From assembly GCA_964035545.1 (NCBI GenBank), contig OZ037766.1, forward strand, positions 868,001-932,000: a stretch of DNA of 64,000 nt, given 5' to 3'. The notes beneath the pieces are model-generated. The model had not been told where the DNA came from, did not search any database, and saw only the letters and a list, made by a program, of their open reading frames with translations. A program made the translations under genes and the position numbers. How positions within the stretch are numbered: the first letter of the stretch is position 1; every line of letters begins with the position of its first letter. The DNA is from Bugula neritina. Taxonomy: Eukaryota > Animalia > Bryozoa. Shown piece by piece: positions 12,001 through 23,224 of the stretch.

Positions 12001-15000
12001 GGACAACATGTCAAAGTACAATGGGTTTACCCTAAACGCACAGTCCACATGATTACATGATCAGAGGGTGCTAGAGTGCACCTATATTGATCCCTAATTC
12101 AGTCTCAGTCAATGAAACAGCAGCTGTAGTCTACTATCTGAGATGCCATGAGTAATTATTCTTGCATCAACACCTTTGCCTATTGTTATCCCTCTGGTGT
12201 TTTGTGTCTATGAAAGTTATAACTTTAATTGTGGATCCAACATCTAAGTAGCATAAGGTCTACCTAAACCAGGTGGTCTAATAAATTGTGTTAAATTATA
12301 TTTGGTAAGACTCTATTGTACACATTGTGGAATGTAGGCACTATATATAATACTAAATGAGATGCTACTACAGTAATGTTACTAGCTCTATTATACTACA
12401 CAGTCAATAATATTTCACTCAAATATCTTTTCCTATCATTCTTTGCAGGCTGAGGTATAATTTTGTATTCCCCTTCAACTCGTGCATGTCTTAGAGTTTA
12501 GAAGTTAATTTACTCAACATACGCATGTATTACCAGTATAATAGTTTATTTATTTTATTACATTTATACTCTGCTTTAGTCTAGTGAACCTCTTTCTTGC
12601 TTCTTTCCAAATTTCCGTAGGGTAACTTGTTTTCGTAATTACCACAAAAATAAATTTCAACAAAAAAAGATCAGTAATTGGAAATCTGCATCTCAAGTTT
12701 ATTTTATGTTCAGCTTAAAAATAGATGTGGTAAAATTTATCAAAAACTAATAATAGCTGTGATAGTCTAAAAACCCATTTTTCTAGAGTTAATTTTAATT
12801 GTTACCCCACCACATTTAAAGCCATAGCGTTGGCACATTCTATTCAACTTTGAGTACAAGTTAAATAAATGTTATTCCAAGTTGAACAAGTCTTTTATTA
12901 ACAATGTTACTAATTAGTAGGTCTAATTACTGTGTAGACTAATATATCCTTTGCTATTTATACCTATCTCTTTCCATTCTATTCTGGCTGACTAAATTAT
13001 GCCCATCAATCTATTATTATACTGTTGAATGTATTTGTTTGTATTATCCTCAACAATAATTGTAGGGAGAGGCTGTTTCAGTTAACGAAGTAAGATCTAT
13101 TTGTGCCAAGGTGCTCAGAGGTGCGTATTTTCCATATTTAGGGGGTGAACCGATGCAATAGTGATGCTAGGTGATGCTAAATAATTTTAAATTACTTTAC
13201 CTTAACATAGGATTGTAATAGGTCAGCAGTATACTATTATACAATTCAGTTTTAATGCCATAATGATTTTAGGTGCTGTTTTTCTTACGCCCCCTACGTA
13301 TGTACCAGTTTCCTTTCATCCACCCCTTACTACAGGGAGTTGATTTTCTTGTGGTCTGTTTGTTTTCAAATTAATTAGTAACTGGATATATCATTATCTT
13401 AAGTGGAGCCTGTCTTCGGTCTTCTTCATCAATATGTTGTATTTATGGGTGTTTGTTGTTTAATTAATTACTTCTTTAACTCATAACTTATAACAACAGC
13501 CACAAATATCAGCCATTACACATCTGCGGTTCTAATAAATACAATAATTACTTAAACTGAGAAATGAAAACAGACAGTGGCTTATAAACTCTTGAGGCAG
13601 CCAGCTAATCAAGAGGTATATAACTTTAATTGGTGTATAGAGGTAATTAGTGGGCCTCTTTATTTTAAGGACTAAAGCTGCATTCAAGATTAATACAATA
13701 ACAAAGTTCAAGTCAAAACAACAATTATTAACACAAGTTTGATGTAATTAATTACCATAATTCTTTGTACAAGTCATTTGCTAGACTTGTCTCCCCTACA
13801 CATGTCATATTTGTGGGCACCTGCAATGCTAGCTGCACTCAATCACCTGCCCTTGGATGTCATTAGCCCTTTCCAGTTGCTCACTCATTACTCTGTATTG
13901 ATTACTCATTTCTATTGAGTTGAATCACTTCTTTAGACTCAGGGGTGGTCTGCTATGTGCTCGCTGAGAGAAAATACAATGCCGTGTTTATTATTAACAT
14001 TGCTGTTTCATTCCAACGAATTGCCATTATTGTTAACAAATTTACTTTAGATTAACATGATATAAGTGGGCTCAAACAAAATATTGCTGGAAATAAATAG
14101 AAAACTTGTCAACAGTAGAACTTGGAGAGAACCCAATATGAACAGCAGTGCAATGTTGCTGAAACAGTAAATGTTCAAGACTTTTAAGATGATTCCACTA
14201 ACTATTCATCAACCAACATGTCTTGTGATATTTTCCCGCTAGACACTCTAATTTATTCTGTCTGATTGTAGAACAAATTGAAGACTTGACAGCCAGACTA
14301 CAAGGTCCACAAGGTCCACCTGGAGCTGGATATCCTGGTGCTCCTGGAGATCCTGGACCGCAAGGTGCTCAGGGTAAGTCAACAAGACCTGCTATATAGG
14401 ACTATACAGGATATAGTATTTCCATGTTGGTAGGAATTGTCTGTCCTATTCTACCCCACCTATAACTACATGCATACATGTGTAACTCAACATAATATTT
14501 TACCTGCTTTGCATATTTCTATAACTATAATTATGTGCTACATAATATTATTTATTAATTATGTTTTTAGGTGAGAAAGGTGACCGCGGGTTGCCTGGAG
14601 AGATGGGATTCATGGGAATGCCTGGAGTACCTGGACCTCAAGGTAAATCCGGTTTGAAGGGAGATCCCGGCGAGAGAGGACCACAAGGAGCAGAAGGAGT
14701 TGGTAAAGATGGCCCAGTTGGTCCACCTGGACCCCAGGGAGCCCAGGGTCCACCTGGTATTGGCCTACCTGGCCCTCAGGGAGATCTTGGACCACGAGGC
14801 ATGACCGGAGCTCCCGGACCAATAGGCATGAGAGGTCTACAAGGTCAGCTTGCTGTCGGATGTCTTTGCAGATCTGATCTGATATTTTGCTGTTATCATT
14901 TTCATTAAGATTTACTATTTTCACAAATTATTCAATTATAAAGGTTCATCAGCTGTTGAAGTTGTTGCCTTAGTGGAGTAGCTTATTGAGTTGATCCACT

Positions 15001-15102
15001 ATGACTGTCTGTTGGATTTTTTCAGGACCTCCTGGATATTGCGCAAGCTGCAGTGGCGGATCTGCCCCCCAGGCCCCCATCAGTGACGGACCAAAAGGCT
15101 AA
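58..15102 (+). CDS. FACIT-type collagen (collagen IX/XXI/XXII-like alpha chain); 5' end lies outside the window; 23 coding exons visible
   Basis: Phase-consistent GT-AG exons: 58-231, 426-578, 893-1153, 1647-1823, 2289-2405, 2723-2782, 3214-3375, 3637-3690, 3888-3995, 6021-6071, 6176-6229, 7087-7140, 9287-9340, 10045-10098, 10207-10260, 10692-10826, 10992-11024, 11137-11214, 11443-11589, 13066-13120, 14272-14373, 14571-14843, 15026-15102 (TAA). TSPN/LamG end ([18 protein letters not shown]; [19 protein letters not shown], cf. COL9A1 NC4), interrupted Gly-X-Y with many 54/108/162-nt exons, NC2-like helix [18 protein letters not shown]-terminal GPPGYCASC...KG*. Confidence 0.92.
2905..3160. repeat. 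Degenerate AT-rich minisatellite (about 22-24 nt, ATAGATAGTAATATATAAT..)
   Basis: Roughly 11 imperfect tandem copies in a collagen intron. Confidence 0.8.
6655..7053 (+). CDS. Putative alternative first coding exon of the collagen (signal peptide + novel N-terminal domain)
   Basis: In-frame TGA at 6637, ATG at 6655, [19 protein letters not shown] hydrophobic leader, 133 stop-free codons in an AT-rich intron, GTGAGT donor at 7054 in phase 0; the frame also reads straight into collagen exon 7087-7140; TCAGTT initiator-like motif at 6590. Confidence 0.7.
12449..12454 (+). CDS. Candidate 6-nt microexon (Ala-Glu) in the collagen gene
   Basis: Long pyrimidine tract, then TTGCAG|GCTGAG|GTATAA; phase 0/0 matches the flanking exons. 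Confidence 0.3.
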
Positions 15103-15168
15103 ATAATCAGACAATAGTAACTGCAATACCTTAAATTTTAATGTAAATTACCGAATAATAGAAAGTTG

Positions 15169-15174
15169 AATAAA
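15169..15174 (+). terminator. Polyadenylation signal, collagen 3' UTR
   Basis: AATAAA 67 nt after the stop codon (another at 15678). Confidence 0.45.
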
Positions 15175-17948
15175 GGTTTTCCCTTCGTGTATAGTAAAGA
15201 CAATTCCCAGTAAACTCCGTGGTGCACTAAATATATCCTTTTTATATTCAGGTTATTATTATTGGATATCCTTGAGTTGGTTCACTCAAATATTTCTGAT
15301 GGTGGATTTTTATAAGGCAGAAAAATATTGCACACTCATTTTATTTCTTTACAATGTTACTGTTCTCTTGGACTCGGTAGACTTAGTGTATATCTGTAAG
15401 CTAACTTTTGTGATATCATGAAGAAGGTAGTTTTAAATATAAAATACTCATATTTTATTAAACTTCAAGGCAATCATTATATTCTTTCCATAATATAATA
15501 TGTATATGACAGTCTAAATAGAACAACTTTTACCTGGATCAATTCTCGTCTGTACAGTTCGTGTTGGATTTAGAACGCTGACTCACTTTAAACTGACTAA
15601 GTCAGCGATTCTACATTACGTTTTACGTACCAGCATGGTTTTTTCACAATTATAAACTATAAATACTATAACTTTCAAATAAAAATGATCACTTTGAGTC
15701 ACAATAATATTCAGCAACACTCTTACTCATTTCTGCTGTGTAGTTTAGGGCGACTGATAAATTATAAACACATTGTTTTATTAAACATTTCGTGGAGAAA
15801 TGCTCTGAAACCGCTAAATTAGTAGTACAATTTCTCGCATGAGTCATCACTTCTTCTTTTATGAGAAGCATGAGTCATACTCTTCTGTATTTTTAGACCA
15901 AAATATTAGTTTGAAAACTTTATGAATACAAGGAATATAACAGTCTAATCTAATATAATGGCATACTAGCATTTTATTGATATTATAAAATAATATAATA
16001 CTGTTATAATAATTGATTACAGTATCAAAATTATTGCTATATATGCAGAAAATGATGAATAACCTAACAGCATAATTCAACAATAACATGCCAACACACA
16101 ATATTGAAAGGAAATAGAAACATCAACTTGCAGCTATTGGTGGGTGCATAACTCCTTACTACACTTTATTTATGCAATAGTAAAATACTTATGATATACC
16201 TCAGCTTTTATCTTAAAGCTGTTTCAGGGTTGTCTGCTCAAACAATTTTGTTTTTATAATACACTCTTCGCGAAGGACTAATCTGAAATGTCCGATAGCT
16301 TGCAGCTCTGAAACCCGAGGTAATGTAAAAGGGATCGCAAATATTGCTGAGTTTCATTGAATGCTGTTAACTTAGCTGCTGCAACACACGAGCTACCTGA
16401 CTTGAAAGCTCAAAGTTTAAACATTACGCCACATAATCTCAGAGTGAGTACACAAAACATCTTTAGGCATTGAGTGAACGTATTCAGTAAGTTAAAAAAG
16501 CTGTATTAAATGAATTAACGTCACATAAATTGAAGAAATAATACAGAAATTAATAGATATGTTAAAATACCAACTTAATTTTAAGGTATATCTTTAGTAT
16601 ATTCGCAATGCAAGCTGATGCTGCACTATATAATATATCACTACCAGCTGAAATGAACAGTAAATAATGCAGCCATTTTCATATGTCATGTGAAGCTCTC
16701 ACCTGGCATATTTAGCTTTTCTTCATGCATTCAACAATCTCGGTGGCAGCATATATTAATTATAGCTTATATTTATACCATGTTGGTTAATGACTAAGGC
16801 TGTATTGTAACTTATATAGTTATTAAAGCAATACTGAAAGGGAAGAATGTCTATAGTGCACTGTATTGTACTGCACAGAAGAAGTGTGTGAGAATTCCTG
16901 TTATTATATAACTTCAATAACAACTAACCTACAGCTTGGCACACATACATGTAGAATACAATGGTGATTGCATATAATATAACAATATTATGCCCTTATG
17001 GGTATACTTGCATACTAAGTGCCCCCACTGGGTGAGATTGTGGAGTTGTCTTATCGAAATTGCTAAAACTCGTACTAGTGAGATTAATAGCTAGCTTAGC
17101 ATACAATTCAAAGAGACGCAACTGTACTCGCCCTCATGGCAGACACTGCTTGAAAAAATCTCATTGTTTGTAGATCTTTCTATTATATTACAGCCAAGTT
17201 TTTTCTTGCAGTTGAAACAATCTGCTTTTACGGATATAAATGTTGATAATTCTGCAACTAGGAGACTTTTTTTAGAAATATTTCATATGTTACATCATTT
17301 TTTTATTAGGAAGATTGAGACCATTAATTTAGGACTTCAGTCACAAAACCAGAGTAGTGTTGAATGTTACATTCTCTCTTCACACATCGTATTATATTAC
17401 AATACCATTAATCATGTATATCACAAGGATGAGACGAGACACCATAATGTAATGGTTGTCAACATATAATATATATTAATGTTACTATATACACAATTTA
17501 GTTATAAAATGAATATAAAAGTATTCAGAACAATATTTACAACTTTTATAAATAATTTTTCAAGTCAATCAGATTTATTAATTACAAGCAGAGAGACTTT
17601 CTTCTAGTCATTGTGAAGCATCACCATAGCACCTCTACACACAGACATTCTCTAACAAGAACCTTGATGAGGTCGTAGAGAAATGAGGATATTGGAAGTT
17701 TTATTCACTGCGGTGCTACTATCTTCTTTCTGGCTACATGGTCTGAAACAAACCAATAAACGTTATTTCTTTCTATTTTTCCAAGAAATTAAATCGACCG
17801 CATAATAAGCTATAAACTGAATGATGAAAGACATTACTTCATTGATGAAAATGATAAAATATTAAAACCAAATAAAAATATAAAATTTATAATAACCAAC
17901 TACGAAAACAAACTGAAGTTACCAAGCCTGGGAGCTAGTGGCTAGTAG

Positions 17949-19187
17949 CTAAGTCTCCTCATTGCCAGATTTTACGTCCACAAGTGGACGAGGCTCACAG
18001 GCTATTTTAGCTGCTGGCTCTTTCGACTCAGTTTTATCGTCCGAAGACGTTTCTTTATTCCAAAATACTTTCTTCTTCTGATATTCTATAGTTGCCAAAT
18101 CCTTGCCAATAAACTGGGTATACTTTTGCACTAAAACAGCAAGAAACTGAGGCTAACTTTTCTGTTGGATCTAGAAGTTTATAACTGAGCAACACTATAA
18201 ACATTAACATGAGTATCAGTCTGAGTATGAACAAATCAATTTCATTAGCAAGATTATCTTTAGGTACACAGTATAACCAATACTAAAAGTAATACTTACT
18301 CAAATGGTGGTAGTAATAGAAATAGAAATATGAGCATGATTATGGCTGAAACTGACAGTATTAGACTCAGTATCAGTATGAGTATGTCTGTAAGTATCAG
18401 TACGACCATCAACCCGCTATCAGTATCACTCTCAGTCTCACTAACTCACTAAGAGTAAGAGTAAGACTAAGAGTAAGAGTAAGATGGACTTACTCAATTA
18501 TTGAATAGTGAATTAATACCAGAAACACCCAATTAATTAATACTAACACTATTAGTTATAGTAATACACTTACAGTAATTAACTAACTAACTAATACACT
18601 AACAAAACTAACGGCCAACCATTACAAACCTGAAGTTAACTCATCCCAGTTGTAGCCTGCCTCCTCAGTCTTCTTTTTAACTGCTGGTTGCAATTTAAAC
18701 TTATAGACACACACACCAAGTATATGCCAGCCTAACAGAAATCTTAAAAGCCGTGCAAAAGGTATCGGTGCATGTTTTCTGCCAAAATTAAAATTTCTCA
18801 TGGTCAATTTGTAACATTTTATGACTAAAAGTAAAACATTTCTTTCTTCGAAACTCAATTTTAAAAAAGGAATTGCTTTGCTCATGAGCCGGAGAGGTGT
18901 ACAACTAACTCTACGCTATAACTTGCTATGCAGTACAACTCATATGATATTATAATCCTAGACATCAGTATTAGCAAATTTATTTTAGCTTTAAAACTTG
19001 ACGTGTTTCCGCAGAATACCCCGATAACATTATTACTCTAAATGCTTTGTAAATACTGGCTAATTTTGTTCATAAAATATTTTTAATTAGTCAATACTTG
19101 GAATAAATACCAATCACACACATTATCTCAATATTACCACTGTCGCCGTACAAAACTCGCCAGTGCCTTTGCCATTCGTTTCAGCAT
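17949..19187 (-). CDS. Uncharacterised 142-aa protein with a basic amphipathic N-terminus and a hydrophobic segment (possibly mitochondrial membrane)
   Basis: Exons 19187-19138, 18957-18910, 18778-18630, 18130-17949, all GT-AG and phase-consistent (429 nt): MLKRMAKALASFVRRQWIIISYELYCIASYSVEKHAPIPFARLLRFLLGWHILGVCVYKFKLQPAVKKKTEEAGYNWDELTSVQKYTQFIGKD...NEET*. Confidence 0.7.
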
Positions 19188-19691
19188 CTACTGTAATTGC
19201 CAAATGTTGCTATGCTTGGAATTACATTTACTATTACTATTAGTATTAGTAATACTCATACTGTTAGTATTTACAAATAAAAATTTTATCTTGACAATGA
19301 GTGATGATGATCATAATATTATTTATAATGATAACCATAATAAGTATAACAATAAAATATTGAGTATGATTAGATTAAATTTAATGATTATCATTATGAT
19401 TATAACTATCACAATAATGAATAATGAAATTCAAATTGAAAGTTCAAAATATGAATATCACTGAGAGTGAGTATGAATTAGAATATCATTACCTTTATGG
19501 TTATGATCAATATTATCATTATCATTATGATTAGGACATTATGTCAATTATGATAATGTATAAAATAATGATCATTGAATTGAAAGGTCAAGAAACTTGA
19601 AGAGAGCTTGGAAACCGTAAAAAAAGCCAGTGGAGTTTCAGTTTAGAGAACTAGACGGGATGAGTTTACCCAGTAGACGTAGTCTCTGTGA

Positions 19692-19940
19692 CACTTTGTG
19701 GTGTAATGGTTAGCACGCTAGCTTGCAATTTAATTATGATAATCATAATTCTACAAGAGGAAAGTCAACATCAGGTACTATCTAAGGCATATGATTAGCT
19801 TTCGAAGAATAGAGAAAATGTCGCTGTGTATACAACTACAAGAACGGCAGCTGAAGGACAACCGAATTCCACGTCTGCTTCTCACAGACTTTACTATGAC
19901 AGCTTCCTACCACGGACAATTTGTGATATGAGAACCTTAA
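19692..19940 (+). mobile_element. Degenerate SINE/LINE remnant: tRNA-like 5' half followed by a LINE ORF2 3' tail
   Basis: GTGGTGTAATGGTTAGCAC (tRNA D-arm/A box) at 19698 with no T-arm; RLYYDSFLPRTICDMR at 19886-19933 resembles the SFFPRTIxxWN C-terminal motif of CR1/L2-group LINEs. Confidence 0.45.
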
Positions 19941-22900
19941 ATTTGTCAATTAAAACACTAACACCATAAATTCAGAAGATAAAACTTATTCACCAACCGA
20001 GACATTTAACAGTACTATGCTGTTAGCAATATGAATATATAACCTGTCCAAACAATGTCTCTAAATAGAGGCTTTCCATCAGATCTCCACACAGATTGCA
20101 AGGAAGTCTTACCTCATCTGAGGTAATCCGAGATTATATAAATCATCATGATCATAATGATAGTCATAATGATCATTATTATGGTTGTAATTATTTAATC
20201 ATCAATAAGCTTCAAGTCTATGATGATCACAGTAATTAATGATGCTGATGCGTAATCACTAATTTGTTTTGATTACCAATAGTAATATTATAATTATCAA
20301 AATAGAAATATTAATGTGAGTATGAGTATCAATTATAATTATTGTGAAATTATTCCATCATCAATTATTGATGATTGAATTATTATAATTAAATCACTTA
20401 ATTTAAGTTATTGAAACTCTATTAAAGTAATACTTTATAAGCTATCAAATTTGCTAATCTACTCCAAGTCAGTTTATGATCATAGTAGCCATAATACTTT
20501 AGACAAGGGTAGACCCTGAAGTCTGCTGAGTTTGAGGAGGGTTGCTAATCTAACTATCACTCAATCAACTTCAATATGAATGCATAATCATAATCATAGT
20601 ACTCACTAACGTTTAATTTGAGTCATTTTATCTGCATCAAATGTAAATAATAACTAGTAGCTTTAGGTCTAGTTATTTTCAGTTTTTCTGAAAAATATTG
20701 TTGATCTATAATCAATCTAAAATCAATGAGTGAAGGACTAATGATTACCATATTATTACAATATGAATGAGAAATACATATCAGTCATATAATTTATAAT
20801 TACAATAACCAAAAAATTTGCGTAATGATGCTGAAAGAATTGTCAGTTCTCTTTACATTGCTATTAACTCGTCACGATCTAGCAGAATTTGTCTGGACGC
20901 CATGCTATAAAAGATAGAAATTGAATTAAGAAGCTTGGTATTTTGAGTTGCCCAGAGTTTGAAGACTTGTTTTTAAATTGTTCAATCTATCAAATCAACA
21001 CGTCATGTTTAGGTCCATGATTTCAGCAAGCAGTCTTTAGTTTTTCAAATGCCATGACTTTGTAGTGATTGTAGTTATAATCAATGCTACTATAAATAAA
21101 TTTATTAGCCTGAGTTAGGTAGAACTTCTTCAGTAATTACTGTGTACACGATGTCTTAGAGTTGTGTAATTAGTGAGTCAGAGTTTACCTGTTGCTGTTT
21201 AGTTGTTGGGGTTGTATTCTCCTCTCTCACACAAATAGGAACCTACTATGGCATTTTTATATTTTATGTTGTTGAATGACTTGTAGGTTGAACTGAAAAT
21301 TTTCTTATTGTCTGTTTTAATCCAGGTCTAACTTTGAATCTATTTTTTATCATAAAATAAATGTTGGCTCACTGGAACTTGATTATCATAATTACTGCCA
21401 TGTATTTCTTTGATAGGACTACAATTTTTCCAGATTTCCAAACATAATATACTGAAAAATGCATTTAATAAAACAGTAGTAAAAACATTTACTCCAATGC
21501 TATGTTTTATTTTATTTTATTTGCTTTTTTATATGTTATAATTTGGGGTGCTCTCTGTGTCTGTTCTATTGATATACCAACAGATAAACAATGCTAATTA
21601 CCAGAATACTGCTGTTTCCAGATTGCCGTGACTATTAAACCCTTTTATTATGGATACAATGACTTAATTATCTGTGCACTTTTTTAACAAGTTAAATAGT
21701 ATTGAATTCAGTCACAGAACAGGATTTTCTGTGTCTTTTAACAATTATTTGTTAATTTCAGATTTTAATTTGTTCAAAATTCGACAACCTGCATCAAATC
21801 AATAATAAAGTACATTAATAAATTATACTCCAATGCTTGAAGTCTGCAAGTACTTTAGTCAAAGTGGCTTAGCTTCAACCTTTTATTAATTGGTATTACA
21901 TATATACTTTGATGTTTAGTTTATATTAGATACAAACTATATTATTGATATATTCAAGAAAATATTAAAATATCTTTTCAAGTATCTTATCCACTGTTTT
22001 TCAATTTAATATAACTAAGTTTCAATAACATTCATCGTTTGAAAATACGTAATATGTGTATGTATTTCATGCAATTTATGCTTGAAAATCACCCTAGCCT
22101 TCCAATAAAAAGTTATTTTCTTGACCGTATTCACATAGAAGACTGCTTTTTTTAATAATTTGATTTCTGGGTAGCTTTTTACAAATAATAAAATATTATG
22201 TCAAATTTTGTTCACTGAAAACTTCATTGCAGTATTTTATGGGATTTTTCTGCTAAATTTTGGGTGAAGTTCTGTCGTTTTACCACGCTATAAATCCTTT
22301 TAATGTCCCACACATTGTCACTTGTCTAACTTCTCATGAATCGTAATTTATATCCATTTATTCCTATTAATTCTACACTTTCAGAAATGCTCATGCTGAA
22401 CAATCTCACAATAAATGTTAGTATACGAGCAGCATTAAACTACACATCTTAATACCCTCTTTGAACTATGCAATGAATTTGAATTATAAATTAAATGTCT
22501 GCTAAATGTAGCTTTACGGAAAAATATTTCAATTAAACTTTTGAAATCTCCAATTAAATTAAAATGTAATTGAACATATCAAGAAAAGTTCATTGCTTTG
22601 ATATATTTTATTTTTGAGAGTTTTACCAATGTTTTAGTCATTAGTAGATGCAAAACTCTTGTAGCCAACCCCCTCGGGCCAGTTAGGGCCTCCACTATCT
22701 AGCTGTATAACTGTTATACTGAATAAGTATAGATATATGAGTCAGAAGTATCAAACTTGATGATAAAGAAAGACAAAGGTTTCATACACACACATTGTAC
22801 GAGATACAATGATAACTTTTTTGAAAATTGGTGTTTTTCTAACTTAAAGGGTATAATTTTACAGTGCTGTAAACATTTGCTCATTGATCTAAGTGACAAA

Positions 22901-23220
22901 TGAGTTTTTATAATGATTTTACTTTTAAAATGTTCAGTCCACACTCTTCATATTCTTAAAACTACTTATGAACTATTGCAGACGCATGGTGGTAAAATGT
23001 GAGCTGGTCTTTCCCGCCATATGTTTCGGAAATTCATCATTTAAAAACATCTTGTTTTTATTGTTCATTTATCAATAATGTTGGATTATTGCTAGGGTGA
23101 TCTGGACCTTACATCTACTCGACCTTGAACTCGTGTCTGTGTAACCTTGACCGTACACCTGCACCGCCTCTTCCCGTCTCTCAGTAGAAGACATTTCTGG
23201 AGCCTCTTAATTCAACCAGT

Positions 23221-23224
23221 ATGA
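23221..23224 (+). CDS. RAR: Candidate RAR start exon end (ATG+A)
   Basis: ATGA|GTGAGT donor in phase 1 joins the phase-1 exon at 28146 to give [14 protein letters not shown]... Confidence 0.45.

Noticed and set aside
18778-19138. In-frame TGA (selenocysteine) from joining exon 19138 directly to 18778
   Set aside because: An intervening 48-nt GT-AG exon (18957-18910) gives an open frame, and no SECIS element was recognised
19698-19730. tRNA gene
   Set aside because: Only the 5' half is present; no T-arm/B-box or acceptor-stem partner
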